Shown: positions 1 through 10,457, numbered from the stretch's first letter. The stretch is 64,000 nucleotides of DNA from an uncultured Spirochaetota bacterium (GCA_963745235.1 CAVUXE010000044.1:64001-128000), one strand, 5' to 3'. The notes: generated by a model from the sequence alone, not told the origin. Numbers and translations are program-made.

Positions 1-862
1 CAAGGATGCCCTTGCCGCGGTTGGCCGCCACGGCGTGGCAAAGGGGTATCCGCTCACTCCGGGCATAGATGCCGCTGGCGTGGTAGTTGAAAGCTCGACG
101 GAAGATTTCGCGCCAGGGGACAGCGTGATTGCATGCGGTCGTGAGCTGGGCATAAGCGTCCCGGGAGGGTTCGGCCAGTACATCAGGATTCCCTCGTCAT
201 GGGCGCTCCGGCCCCCTTCCGGGCTGACGCTGAGGGAATGCATGATCATCGGGACGGCGGGGTTCACGGCAGCGCTTTGCGTCCTTGACCTTCAGCGGCA
301 CGCGGTGTCGCCCGGCGCCGAGGTGCTCGTCACGGGGGCCACCGGCGGCGTGGGGTGCCTTGCCGTCGCGCTCCTTTCGAAGCTCGGCTACCGGGTGGCC
401 GCGGGCACGGGAAAGGCGGATAAGCGGGACTTCCTCACGTCCCTTGGGGCGCGGGAGGTCATTGCGCGGGCGAACCTGGACGATGGCTCAGGAAAGGCCC
501 TTCTCAGCGAGAGATGGGCTGGTGTCGTCGACACGGTCGGCGGAAACATTCTTTCCACGGCAATCCGGTCCACAGCGTATGGCGGCTCCGTGGCCGCGTG
601 CGGAAACGCGTCATCACCTGATCTGCCCCTGACCGTTTTTCCCTTCATCCTTCGGGGAGTCCGGCTCCTGGGGATCGACTCCGCAAAATGCCCCGCGAAA
701 ACGAGAAAGGAGGTCTGGGACAGGCTAGGAGCGCAGTGGAGACCGGCGCGGCTGGAAGCCATTGCCGAGGAGTGTTCTCTGCACGGACTGGACGGAAGGA
801 TAGACGACATCCTGCGCGGCCGCGTGAGCGGGCGCGTGATCGTCAACCTGCAGGCGCCTTGA
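1..862 (+). CDS. YhdH/YhfP (AcuI-like) MDR-family quinone/acryloyl-CoA oxidoreductase, 5'-truncated by window edge
   Basis: Open frame from the window start (KDALAA..G..YPLTPGIDAAG); GTAGFTAAL, VLVTGATGGVG, PFILRGVRLLGIDS motifs. Confidence 0.9.
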   Translation, partial: KDALAAVGRHGVAKGYPLTPGIDAAGVVVESSTEDFAPGDSVIACGRELGISVPGGFGQYIRIPSSWALRPPSGLTLRECMIIGTAGFTAALCVLDLQRHAVSPGAEVLVTGATGGVGCLAVALLSKLGYRVAAGTGKADKRDFLTSLGAREVIARANLDDGSGKALLSERWAGVVDTVGGNILSTAIRSTAYGGSVAACGNASSPDLPLTVFPFILRGVRLLGIDSAKCPAKTRKEVWDRLGAQWRPARLEAIAEECSLHGLDGRIDDILRGRVSGRVIVNLQAP

Positions 863-872
863 AACGGACGGC

Positions 873-1283
873 CTACCCCCGGCGCCTTTTCTGCTGGCTT
901 CTGGCGGCCTGTCTACCGGGGCCCGTCTGGCCTGCCGGCCTTCGTCTTCTTTCCTGACCCTGGCTGTCCCGGGCAGGAACATCCTGCGCCGCGAGGTCGA
1001 GCACCGAGTTCTCGCTTCCGAACTGGTTGGGCACGTACGCGTCCGCCGCCCAGTCGTTGTGCCACGCGCCCAGGTTGTCGCGGTAGCGGAACATGTACGA
1101 TTTCCCCCCATCGAGGGAGAGAGTCGCGCTCCACGATCCGTCCGGCTCCCGCTTCATCGGGTTGGCGGTGTCGCTCCAGGCGTTGAACTCACCGCACAGG
1201 TGAAGCGTCTCCACGCCCGGGACTGACGGCATGGTGAAGGTCACCTGGAATCTCTTTCCTCCCAGCGGCTTCTTGTGAAGCAT
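873..1283 (-). CDS. Isoamylase early-set / CBM48-like glycogen-binding domain protein
   Basis: VTFT..LCGEFNAW..PMKREPDGSWSATLSL..YMFRY..WHNDWAADAYVPNQFGSENSV; GGAGG RBS before ATG 1283. Confidence 0.8.
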   Translation of the reverse strand: MLHKKPLGGKRFQVTFTMPSVPGVETLHLCGEFNAWSDTANPMKREPDGSWSATLSLDGGKSYMFRYRDNLGAWHNDWAADAYVPNQFGSENSVLDLAAQDVPARDSQGQERRRRPAGQTGPGRQAARSQQKRRRG

Positions 1284-1350
1284 ACGGACCTCCTGGGCCT
1301 CATAGTATACGGCATGAGAGGAGAAGGCGAAAGGTGGCTGACCGCCCACC

Positions 1351-2110
1351 TCACTTCGCCGTGGACAGGATGTGGCGGTCGTCGCTCAGCACATCCATGA
1401 GAGTCTTCGTGTCGTCAGGCCCGGGGAAGTTGATGAGAGAGGCGTAGCGCGCATCCGGCATGGTCTCCTTGAGGGGGGCAGCCACCTCGTTGTGCCAGTT
1501 GTCCACGATGTATGTCACCTTCTCCCCGGACAGCTTCGTGATCTGCGCGGCCTCCAGGGGAGCCGGGCCAAAGACACCCTTGATGGTGAACCCGAGCTCG
1601 GCCATCAACGGCTGCTGGAAGACATGCACGACAATGGGCGCACCATACAGGCCATCATCCCGAAGCTCCTGCTTCCACGAGGAGAGGAATGTCTCCAGGT
1701 CTGCAATCGAGGCACGCGCCTGGTCCTGGGTCCCCAGGATGTCGGCAATGGCGAGGATGGAGGTGCGCATGGTCTCCAGGGAGTAGTCGGCGTCGATGCG
1801 CAGGACGCGGATCTTTCGGCTCCCCGCGGCCTCCGCCAGGCGCTTTGCCATGACCTCGAAGCCGGTCGTGATGATGAGGTTCGCCCCCTTGAGAAGGGCG
1901 ACGTCAGAGGGCTTCATCTCGTATTCCGCCGGGTGGCGCAGGTCTGCGGGGGCAAGGGTGACAACGTCTTTCGCGCCCGCGGCGGCCGCAAAGGCAGCGG
2001 TCCAGCTGTTGGTTGCGACAACGAGGAACCCCTTCTGCCGCGCCTGGGCGGACACGGTGATGGTCGACAGCACGCAGAGAAAGCGCAATGAGAACGGCGC
2101 GGGTCTTCAT
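1351..2110 (-). CDS. Metal (Zn/Mn) ABC transporter substrate-binding protein; frameshift in signal peptide near 2081
   Basis: HPAEYEMKPSDV motif of ZnuA/TroA family; signal peptide MKTRAVLIAL starts at 2110 in a neighbouring frame after AGGAGG; in operon with permease and ATPase. Confidence 0.75.
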
Positions 2111-2926
2111 GATCTCCTCCTTGCGATCCGCCTGTAGATGAGCCCCACCCCCAGGAGGCACGCGGCGATGACCGTCACCGCGGAGCTTGGCGGGAACGTC
2201 CAAGGCAAGGGACGAGAAGAATCCGGCGATGCTGCAGAATGCGCCGATCACGCAGGCCTGGACGAAGAACCCCCGCGTGCTGCGGGCCGTGAAGGACGCG
2301 ACGATGGCCGGCAGCAGCAGGATGGAGTCCAGGAGCAGCGCGCCGATGAGCTTCATCAGGAGCGCCACGCTGACCCCGACGAACAGCAGGATGACGGTGG
2401 TGACGGCGGCCTCGTTGACTCCCGAAGCGAAGGCGATCTCCCGGTGAAAGAGAACGGCGCTGACCCGGGGGAAGAGAGCCGTCACAAAGAGAGCGATGGC
2501 CGCGGCATACAGCGCTGTGACGGCCAGGTCCACCCGGGACAGTGAATAGATGCTTCCCCAGAGGATGCCGAAGGCATCCTTGGAAGGGACTCCGGCCTTG
2601 TAGATGACGGCAAACGCGAGCCCGATGGTGAGGACCATGAAGAACGTCGCCACGTACCCCAGGGCAAGACCGGACTCCCGGGCCACGCGGGCAATCGCGA
2701 CAATTGCTGCGACGTCCAGCACCAGCCCGGCAAAGAGCGGATCGATGTGAAGGGCCAGGCCGAGTGCCGCCCCCAGGAGCGCGGCGTGCATGAGCGTGAA
2801 GCGCAGCGTCACGAGGTTCAGCCGCAGGATGAACACCCCTGCCATCGGGAAGAAGCACCCCGCAACCACGAGGGCCACGAACCCTCGGAGGATGGGCGGG
2901 TAGGAAAACGCCTGCATGATGTTCAC
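2107..2926 (-). CDS. Metal ABC transporter permease (ZnuB/ABC-3 family); frameshift near 2190
   Basis: Multi-TM; HAALLG, LWGSI, MKLIGALLLDSILLLPA motifs; corrected C-terminus (DVPASSAVTVIAACLLG...RRRS*) ends in an ATGA overlap with the next gene. Confidence 0.85.
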
Positions 2927-2935
2927 GGCGCCGGC

Positions 2936-3598
2936 TCAGGCAAAGCTGCCCGCCTCCATGCGCTCGATCCTCCACGAGGTCTCGGCCAGGACCTGGGAGT
3001 CGTGGGACACCATGACGACGGTCAGGCCGCGCCGCTCGTTCAGGTCGTGAAGGATGTCCATGACTTCCCTGCGGGAGACGGGGTCCAGGGAAGAGGTGGG
3101 CTCGTCGAGAAGGAGCACGGACGGATCCTGGCAGAGACAGCGCGCCAGGGAGAGCTTCTGCTTCTCCCCGCCGGAGAGCCGGGCGTACATCCTGTGCTGG
3201 AGGTGGGTGCAGCCGACCGCGCTCATCGCTTCCTGGACCCGCTCCCTCTTCACCGGCGCGGTGAGAGGAAGCGCGCAGACGCCGATCTCCACCACCTCCC
3301 GGCCCGAAAAGGGAAAGTCGACCGAGATCGCCTCCTGGTTCACGTAGCCGACCCTTCGCCTGTGCCGCAACCATTCCCGCGTGCCCACCTGGGCTCCCAG
3401 GACCCGCAGCGTCCCCGCGCTCCAACGCTGCAGGCCGAGGATCACCTTGAGCAGGGTGGTCTTGCCGGCGCCGTTGGGGCCGGCGACAATGACCCGCTCT
3501 CCGCAGGAGACCGAAAAGGACAGGTCGTGAAGGATGGAGTGTCCATCGATCGACACGTGGATGCTCTCCGCGGCAATGCAGGCGTCAGGCTGCGCCAT
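2936..3598 (-). CDS. Metal ABC transporter ATP-binding protein (ZnuC-like)
   Basis: Walker A GPNGAGKTT, LSGGEKQ, LLLDEPT, VSHD. Confidence 0.9.
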   Translation of the reverse strand: MAQPDACIAAESIHVSIDGHSILHDLSFSVSCGERVIVAGPNGAGKTTLLKVILGLQRWSAGTLRVLGAQVGTREWLRHRRRVGYVNQEAISVDFPFSGREVVEIGVCALPLTAPVKRERVQEAMSAVGCTHLQHRMYARLSGGEKQKLSLARCLCQDPSVLLLDEPTSSLDPVSRREVMDILHDLNERRGLTVVMVSHDSQVLAETSWRIERMEAGSFA

Positions 3599-3683
3599 GA
3601 TTCATGAGAGATACATGCCGGGGATGAGAAAGTCAACTCGTGCAGGTTTGCCCGGGCGGACGCCAACGTCATAGATTTACTTC

Positions 3684-4643
3684 ATGAAGGCAATCGTCGT
3701 TCGCGAGTTCGGTGACCCGGACGTGATGAAGCTAGAGCAGACCACCGCGCCGACCCCCGGGCGGGGGCAGGTCCTCGTCCGGATCAAGGCGGCGGGGGTG
3801 AATCCCGCCGACACGTATGCCCGCGCGGGCGCCGGCACGAAGCCGCAGCTTCCCTATACCCCGGGGACCGATGGCGCCGGCGTCATAGAATCGGCGGGCC
3901 CGGACGTCACCTCGGTAAAGCCTGGTGACCGGGTCTATACCGCCCGCTCGCTCAGCGGCACCTATGCCGAGTGCGCGCTGGCCCTCGCGTCGCAGGTGTT
4001 TCCCCTTCCACAACGGATCTCTTTTTCACAGGGCGCCGGGATCTACGTTCCGTACGCAACTGCCTGGCGCGCGCTCATGCATTTCGCCCAGGCGCGGCCG
4101 GGAGAGACGCTCCTGGTCCACGGCGCAAGCGGCGGAGTCGGGATCGCAGCCGTTCAGACGGCACGAGCCGCGGGCTTGAAAGTGATCGGCACTGCGGGGT
4201 CAGAGAAGGGGCGCGAGCTTGCGGCGCGCGAAGGCGCGCACCATGTTCTGGACCATGGCGCGAAAGGATACCAGGAGGAGATCGTGGCTTTGACCGGGGG
4301 CCGGGGCGTGGAGGTCATCCTGGAGATGGTGGCGAACGTCAACCTGGGCGCTGATCTGAAGCTCCTGGCGCCGCACGGACGCGTGGTCGTCATCGGAAGC
4401 CGTGGAGAAGTGACGGTGAATCCTCGGGACCTGATGGGCAGGGACGCCGCCATCTTCGGGATGCTCATCTGGAACATTTCGGATGAGGATGCCGTCATCA
4501 CGCATGCCGCGCTGGCCGCCGGCATGGAAAACGGCACGCTTCGCCCCGTTGTCGGGCTGGAGCTTGCGCTCGCGGAGGCGCCGGAGGCTCACCGGAAGGT
4601 CATGGAGCCCGGCGCTTTTGGGAAGATCGTTCTTCTTCCCTGA
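3684..4643 (+). CDS. qor: NADPH:quinone reductase (zeta-crystallin/Qor family)
   Basis: GVNPAD, PYTPGTDGAG, LVHGASGGVG, GKIVL motifs. Confidence 0.85.
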   Translation: MKAIVVREFGDPDVMKLEQTTAPTPGRGQVLVRIKAAGVNPADTYARAGAGTKPQLPYTPGTDGAGVIESAGPDVTSVKPGDRVYTARSLSGTYAECALALASQVFPLPQRISFSQGAGIYVPYATAWRALMHFAQARPGETLLVHGASGGVGIAAVQTARAAGLKVIGTAGSEKGRELAAREGAHHVLDHGAKGYQEEIVALTGGRGVEVILEMVANVNLGADLKLLAPHGRVVVIGSRGEVTVNPRDLMGRDAAIFGMLIWNISDEDAVITHAALAAGMENGTLRPVVGLELALAEAPEAHRKVMEPGAFGKIVLLP

Positions 4644-5562
4644 GCCTTTTCTCCCAGAACATCACGCCCGGCAGCGGGTTTCTGCAGTACGGCGGGATCT
4701 GCACGAACCCGAGGCTGCGGTACAGGGCAACGGCGCCGGAGAGTCTTTCCAGCGTGTCCAGCCGCATGGCCCGGTACCCCAACCGGAACGCCTCCCTGAT
4801 GATCCGCTCCGCGAGGAGGCGGCCGATGCCGAGCCCCCGGTATTCCGGCCGGACGAACATCCGCTTCATCTCGCACACTCCCCGGGAAAGCTTTCGAAGC
4901 GCCACGCAGCCGGCGGGCTCAGTCCCGCCCGTGCCCGTGGGGACCCGCGCCACCAGGAGCGCCCCGGAGGGTGACGCGTATTTCCCGGGCAGGCCGGCGA
5001 GCTCTTTCTCGAAGCCCTGGAAGGAAAGGTCCTCCCTGAGGAACGCCGCGTACTCCCGTATGAGCACGCGGGCGGTGGCGACATCGAAGGGGCTTGCGGC
5101 AGGCTCGATCAGGGGAGGATTCGCGGACCTCCTCTCGAGGATCCTTTCGGCGGCATTGAGATGGTTGACCAGGGACTGTGCCTCCTCATCGCTCAATGGG
5201 GCCAGGAGGTCCGCGGTGCGGGAGTCGGATGCCGCGTTGATCTCCTCCAGCGCCGAGCGGCCGTCGCTGGTCAGCTCGAGGATGAGGATGCGGCCATCCC
5301 GGGGATCCCGCCGCGTGGCAACCAGTCCGAGCGCCGCAAGACGCTTGATCACCCGGTTGAGATATCCCATGTCGATGGCGAGGTCGGCGCACAACCCCGA
5401 CTGCGCGTGTTCGCCCCGGCGGCCGATCTCCAGCAGGACGCGCGCCTCCGTCAGCGTGAACCCCGTGACGAAGTGCTGGCGGCTGAGCAGGCCGAGCTTG
5501 TTGGTGTAGTAGCGGTTGAAATGGCGGATGGCCTGGATGACCGGCCCACGGTCCGTGCCCAT
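4600..5562 (-). CDS. Bifunctional MarR-type HTH regulator / GNAT acetyltransferase
   Basis: N-terminal IRHFNRYYT..LTEARVLLEI..DPRDGR (MarR); C-terminal CEMKRMFVRPEYRGLGIG..LYRSLGF (GNAT). Confidence 0.9.
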   Translation of the reverse strand: MGTDRGPVIQAIRHFNRYYTNKLGLLSRQHFVTGFTLTEARVLLEIGRRGEHAQSGLCADLAIDMGYLNRVIKRLAALGLVATRRDPRDGRILILELTSDGRSALEEINAASDSRTADLLAPLSDEEAQSLVNHLNAAERILERRSANPPLIEPAASPFDVATARVLIREYAAFLREDLSFQGFEKELAGLPGKYASPSGALLVARVPTGTGGTEPAGCVALRKLSRGVCEMKRMFVRPEYRGLGIGRLLAERIIREAFRLGYRAMRLDTLERLSGAVALYRSLGFVQIPPYCRNPLPGVMFWEKRLREEERSSQKRRAP

Positions 5563-5576
5563 GCCGTGAAGCTATA

Positions 5577-5605
5577 GAAGTTACTTGCCTGAGTCAAGTA
5601 ACTTC
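5577..5605. promoter_or_regulatory. Palindromic operator overlapping the MarR-GNAT promoter (probable autoregulation)
   Basis: GAAGTTACTTG-N7-CAAGTAACTTC with perfect 11-bp arms; contains minus-strand -35 TTGACT, 17 bp from -10 TAGCTT. Confidence 0.75.
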
Positions 5606-6425
5606 AGCCCTTGACCGCTCCCGCGGCTATCCCCCTGATGATGAACTTCTGCAGCGCAAGGTACAGCACGATGATGGGCGCCGCGGAAAGGATCAGGCTG
5701 GCCGCTGCCGGGCCATACTCCCGAAGGAACATGCCGTAGAAGTGCATCTGCTCCAGCTGCAGTGTGCCTTTCTTCACGACCACCAGGGGAAGAAGGAAAT
5801 CGTTCCACAACCACAGGGCGTCGAGGATCAGGATGGTGGCCGTGATGGGCTTGAGCAGCGGAAAAACCACCCGGGCGAACACGAATACCTGCCCGCCACC
5901 GTCAATGGCCGCGGCCTCCTCCAGCTCCCGGGGGACCCCCTTGACAAACCCGTGGTACATGAAAACCGCAAGCGGGCATCCCAGTCCCCAGTACATCGGG
6001 ATGATCCCCCAGATGGTGGAGAGCTTGAGGTCCGTTGCAAGGGACACGATGGGAACCATGACGATCTGGAACGGTATGACGAGGGCGAAGGCGAACAGCA
6101 GGTACAGGAGCCAGGATAGGCGCCCCAGCGTGCGCGCAAGCTTCCAGGCGGCCATGGAGCTGAACAGCAGAATGCCCGCCACGCCGAAGACCGTGATGAT
6201 GGCCGTGTTGAGGAGGGTGGAAGCGAAATGCATCTCGGTCCACGCCTTGGCGAAGTTGGCAAGCGTGACCGTGGTGGGGAGGCTGATGGGATGCAGCTTG
6301 ATGTCGGCTTCCGGCTTCACGGCATTGGTCAGGACGAACAGCGCCGGGTAGATATAGATGATGGCGACCAGGATCATGAAGGCTTCGAAGAGCCAGCGCA
6401 TGCGTTTTCGACGAATCGGGCTCAC
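5604..6425 (-). CDS. Carbohydrate ABC transporter permease (MalG-like)
   Basis: EAA motif ELEEAAAIDGG; WNDFLLPL; C-terminal GIAAGAVKG. Confidence 0.92.
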   Translation of the reverse strand: MSPIRRKRMRWLFEAFMILVAIIYIYPALFVLTNAVKPEADIKLHPISLPTTVTLANFAKAWTEMHFASTLLNTAIITVFGVAGILLFSSMAAWKLARTLGRLSWLLYLLFAFALVIPFQIVMVPIVSLATDLKLSTIWGIIPMYWGLGCPLAVFMYHGFVKGVPRELEEAAAIDGGGQVFVFARVVFPLLKPITATILILDALWLWNDFLLPLVVVKKGTLQLEQMHFYGMFLREYGPAAASLILSAAPIIVLYLALQKFIIRGIAAGAVKG

Positions 6426-7945
6426 ATCTGCACCTCCCTGCGCTTGGTGATGGAGAGCTGGACTCCCGTGATGAGCGCGATGGCGATGAACAGCAGGATG
6501 GCCTTCGCGGTTGCCAATCCGGCAAGCTTCTTTGCAAACGCATCAAAAAAGATATCCATGACGAACGGAATGGTCCCCAGGGCATAACCGGACGGTCCAA
6601 CCATCGCGTACATCAGGTCGAAGCTCTTCAGGGAGTTGGAGAGGCTGAGGAACAGGCAGATGGTGAACGCGGGCACCAGGAGCGGAAGCGTGATGTGCCG
6701 CAGCCGGGCGGCGAAGCCCGTGCCATCTATGCTTGCGGCTTCCAGGACATCCGTGGGGATGTTGGAAAGGCCCGCCAGGTATATCACCATCAGGTAGCCG
6801 GCCTGCTGCCAGACCTGGACCATGACGATGAGCCACGGAGCCTTGTCGGGGTCTCCCATCCATTTGTCTATTCCCGTGAGCGCGGGGAGCAGGTTGTAGA
6901 AGACGAAAGACCACACGAGAGCGACCACGATCATGGAGAGGACGTTGGGAAGAAAGAATACTGACCGGAGGACTTTCTGGCTCTTGATGCCCGTATCAAG
7001 GGCCAACGCCAGGAGAAAGCCTATCAGGTTGCTGAAAAGAACGTTGAAGATGGTGAAAAAAATCGTGAAGCCGATGACGCCCATCTCGAAGCGCTGCTGG
7101 ACCCACGTGGATGCAAGAAGCCCCTTGAGCGCGCCCAGCTTGTAAATCTGCTCCGTTGCGGCCTTCACCTCACCTGCTTCCGCCGGTGACAGGGGGCTTG
7201 AGGCCACGAAGTCGCTGACGGCCACGTTGAAGGCCGCCTGGTCCTTCTGCAATCCGGCGGTTTTTACGGAGGACAGAAGCGCATCAACCTTCTCGGAGGA
7301 TATGACCTTCTTCACGGCCACCTCGGGAAGGAGCCAGATCCTGTCCTCAAGGGCAAACTCGTCGAATCTCGCTTTCAGGCGATAGACATCATCCTGAAGG
7401 GAATAGAACGCAAAGGCAAGCTCGCGGTCCTGCGGAGTCGAGAGCCTGGCCAGAAAGTGCTTCTCAAAGTCCCCGCGGGGAATTGTCGCCGGCAGGTCCG
7501 AATCCGCATTGTAGTTGACCTGGGTGAACACGTGGGGATAGAACCTTTCCTCGACCCCGCCCGTAAAGATGCGCAGGTAGTTCGCAAACCCGACTACCTT
7601 GTATCCTTCGGGTTGGAAGCCCGCGACGCGCAGGAGGTGCTGCAGGCGGTAGCGGGTCAGGCCTGTGGCCGCGTATCTCTTGTACTGGTTGTCTGCCGGA
7701 TCGAGGTGATAGATGGAAAGAAGAAAGCTTCGCTCGTCCGCCCTGGGGAGGCGGTTCAGGATCTGCGATTCGAAATCCCCCTTCGCCATGCTGATGGGGA
7801 TCCGTGGCGTGAGGCCGTCCCAGTCGGTGAAGGAGATCCGGATACCCTGGCCGAAGGGGTAGAGGAAGAATAGAGCGTACAGGGCGAGGCCAGGAAGCAC
7901 AAAGAGGGCAAAGTACAGCGCGCTTTTCCACCGAGGCTGAACCAT
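6422..7945 (-). CDS. Carbohydrate ABC transporter permease (MalF-like) with large extracytoplasmic insertions
   Basis: SFTDWDG, VGFANY, VLEAASIDG..ITLPLL motifs; 507 aa versus the usual ~300 aa. Confidence 0.88.
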   Translation of the reverse strand: MVQPRWKSALYFALFVLPGLALYALFFLYPFGQGIRISFTDWDGLTPRIPISMAKGDFESQILNRLPRADERSFLLSIYHLDPADNQYKRYAATGLTRYRLQHLLRVAGFQPEGYKVVGFANYLRIFTGGVEERFYPHVFTQVNYNADSDLPATIPRGDFEKHFLARLSTPQDRELAFAFYSLQDDVYRLKARFDEFALEDRIWLLPEVAVKKVISSEKVDALLSSVKTAGLQKDQAAFNVAVSDFVASSPLSPAEAGEVKAATEQIYKLGALKGLLASTWVQQRFEMGVIGFTIFFTIFNVLFSNLIGFLLALALDTGIKSQKVLRSVFFLPNVLSMIVVALVWSFVFYNLLPALTGIDKWMGDPDKAPWLIVMVQVWQQAGYLMVIYLAGLSNIPTDVLEAASIDGTGFAARLRHITLPLLVPAFTICLFLSLSNSLKSFDLMYAMVGPSGYALGTIPFVMDIFFDAFAKKLAGLATAKAILLFIAIALITGVQLSITKRREVQM

Positions 7946-8039
7946 GGTCCCTCCAACAGGCCGGGGAGGCTGGATAGCGCGCTTCGCGCGCCCAAACCTC
8001 CCCGGGAGAATGCGACACCAAAGTGAGTATAGCGCGAAA

Positions 8040-9272
8040 CTACTGTTTGCGCGCCTCTCTCCAGATCCTGTCGATGTCGGCGATCACGTCGTCCGCCGTC
8101 TTCTTCTTGAAGACATAGCCCTGAGCGCCGTTCTTTGCGCCATCCTCGAAGGCGGCGGTGGGGTACATGGAGAAAGCCCAGGGATATGCCCCGTTCTTTG
8201 CGACGGTGCTCATGAGCTGCTGGAACGGGGCCTGCAGCGCCGACAGGTCGGCCCCTTTGAAGTCTGAGGTGAGCTTGCAGTCCGTTGTCCAGATCTTGAT
8301 GGCCTTGGGTGTCGACAGCCACGCAAGGAACTTCTTTCCCGCCGCCTGCTTTTCAGCGGACGCCTGGGAGGAGAGCCCGAAGGTTGAGTCGACGTCGGCG
8401 TAGAACTTGTTCATCTTCGCGTCGTTGAACACGGGGAACGGGACAAAGCCGCAGTTCAGCGACGGGTTGGTCCCGATGGCGGCCCCGTATGACCACAGCC
8501 CCTGGACCATCATGGCGGATTTCCCGCCGGCGAACGCGGCCTGCTGCTCGTTCCAGGACATCTCTTCCGCGTTGTCGTCCATGTTGGCCCGATAGAAGTC
8601 GATGATGGAGAAGAGCTTTCCTGTATCCACCACGCCGTAGCTTGTCTTGCCGGCGTCCATGTCAGCGATGAACTTCGTGACGGGAATCTTCTTCTCCGCG
8701 AGGAGGCTGGTGTGCACCAGCGTGATGAAGTGGCCGATTGACCAGTTCTCCTTCAGGAGGCCTGCAAACGGCGTGACCCCGTTGTCCTTGAGGGTCTTCA
8801 CTACCCGCTCGAGCTCCCGGTAGGTCGTGGGGGGCTTCAGGTTGTACTTCGCGAAGATGTCCTTGTTGTAGATGATGCCGATGCCGGCGAAGTCCATGGG
8901 GAGCGCCCATTTCTTGCCGTTCCAGGTGACCGCGGCGGTGGCGGAGGGGATCACCTTGGAAAGAACGGGCTCCCTCGTGAGATCCACCAGGTAGCCTTTC
9001 TGCGCGTACTCGAACACGCGGGAATACGACTGCATCTGGAGTATCTCCGACAGGCTCCCTGACGCCGCGCGCGCCGCCATGGTGGCATCCGCGTCGTTCG
9101 GGATGATGAGCAGGCTGATGGTGATGCCCGGGTTGTCCGCCGTGAAGGCGTCCGTCAGCGTTTTGAGCCCTGCCTGGATCTCCTGCTTGTAATAGTACAT
9201 CTCCAGCTTCTGGGCAGAGAGCGAGCCGACGATGGCCAGGGCCAGGATGACGAGCACGATCAGTTTCTTCAT
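8040..9272 (-). CDS. Sugar ABC transporter substrate-binding protein
   Basis: Signal peptide MKKLIVLV after GGAGG; GIIYNKDIF..PTT, FAGGKSAMMVQGLW motifs. Confidence 0.9.
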   Translation of the reverse strand: MKKLIVLVILALAIVGSLSAQKLEMYYYKQEIQAGLKTLTDAFTADNPGITISLLIIPNDADATMAARAASGSLSEILQMQSYSRVFEYAQKGYLVDLTREPVLSKVIPSATAAVTWNGKKWALPMDFAGIGIIYNKDIFAKYNLKPPTTYRELERVVKTLKDNGVTPFAGLLKENWSIGHFITLVHTSLLAEKKIPVTKFIADMDAGKTSYGVVDTGKLFSIIDFYRANMDDNAEEMSWNEQQAAFAGGKSAMMVQGLWSYGAAIGTNPSLNCGFVPFPVFNDAKMNKFYADVDSTFGLSSQASAEKQAAGKKFLAWLSTPKAIKIWTTDCKLTSDFKGADLSALQAPFQQLMSTVAKNGAYPWAFSMYPTAAFEDGAKNGAQGYVFKKKTADDVIADIDRIWREARKQ

Positions 9273-9382
9273 GAAATACCTCCTTGGGATGATCCCGGAA
9301 ATCTGTGGCCGCAGCCGTCCACGCATGAACCAAGACTGTGTATTTTCGATTGTGAGGGGCTTGTGTTCGGGCGCGATTCGAT

Positions 9383-9414
9383 GTAACATTATGCAACCGG
9401 TTGCGTAACATTAT
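9383..9414. promoter_or_regulatory. LacI-family operator in the divergent promoter region
   Basis: Perfect palindrome GCAACCGGTTGC (9393-9404), fitting the LacI TGNAANCGNTTNC pattern, flanked by two direct copies of GTAACATTAT. Confidence 0.7.
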
Positions 9415-9437
9415 ACAGGTTTTTGGACGGTTGTCAA

Positions 9438-10457
9438 GTGAAGAAGAGAGTTACCATTTACGACATCGCGCGGCTGGCCGGGGTGACCACGGCCACGGTT
9501 TCCCGCGTCCTCAACGGGAAGACGGGCATTTCCAGCGCCACGCGGGAGAGGGTCACGGCGGTCATGCAGAAGACGCGCTACTTCCCCTCACCCGCGGCGT
9601 CCGGGCTGCGCTCGAAAGCTACGCGGGAGATCGGGATCCTGTCCCCTTTTTTCATCGGGGACTTCTTCCTCAGCCTCTTCGAGAGCCTGCACCGGCGTCT
9701 CAAGGACTACGACCTGATCCTGTATAACGCGCAGACCCCCGCCCATCGCCGGGAGGTCATCGACCGGATCGCTGCTGAGGAAAAGCTCTGTGCCTTGATC
9801 GTGGCCAGTACTCCCATCCTCCTGGAGGAGGAGATCCTCATCTCCGCGCTTCGCATCCCCGTGGTCCTGCTCGAGGCACGACATCATTCCTACAGCTCCG
9901 TCGACTACGACCACCAGATCGGTGCCTTCAAGGCGGTCAGTCATCTCGTGGAGCTCGGCCACCGGGATATCGCCATCATCGGGGGAAAGCCGGAAACGCG
10001 GCTGTACTCTCCCATCGGGAAGGAGAGGCTGAAGGGATACCGCATGGCTCTGGCCATGGCGGACATTCCCGTCCGGGACCAGCTCATCATGAGCGGAGAA
10101 TGGACCAGCACGGACGCAAGGTCCTGCGCCACCGCGCTCCTCACCGGAAACAGGCCGCCAACGGCCATCTTTGCAACCTCAGACGTGCAGGCGGCCGGAG
10201 TGCTCATGGCAGCGCGGGAGCTGGGGGTGAGGGTCCCGGATGACCTCTCCGTTGTCGGGTACGACAACCTCCCCGTTGCGGAGTATCTGTCTCTCACCAC
10301 CATGTGGCAGCACCAGGACCTCCTGGCCCGCAACGCCGCCACGCTTCTGCTGGAAGAGCTTCGAAGCGGGGTGCGCACGGGAGAGCGGGTCGTGCTCCAG
10401 CCTGAGCTCGTTGTGCGCACCTCCACCGGAGCGCCCCGGATACGAAAGAGCGCATGA
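9438..10457 (+). CDS. LacI family transcriptional regulator
   Basis: VTIYDIARLAGVTTATVSRVLN HTH; VPDDLSVVGYD; LVVRTST. Confidence 0.95.
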   Translation: MKKRVTIYDIARLAGVTTATVSRVLNGKTGISSATRERVTAVMQKTRYFPSPAASGLRSKATREIGILSPFFIGDFFLSLFESLHRRLKDYDLILYNAQTPAHRREVIDRIAAEEKLCALIVASTPILLEEEILISALRIPVVLLEARHHSYSSVDYDHQIGAFKAVSHLVELGHRDIAIIGGKPETRLYSPIGKERLKGYRMALAMADIPVRDQLIMSGEWTSTDARSCATALLTGNRPPTAIFATSDVQAAGVLMAARELGVRVPDDLSVVGYDNLPVAEYLSLTTMWQHQDLLARNAATLLLEELRSGVRTGERVVLQPELVVRTSTGAPRIRKSA

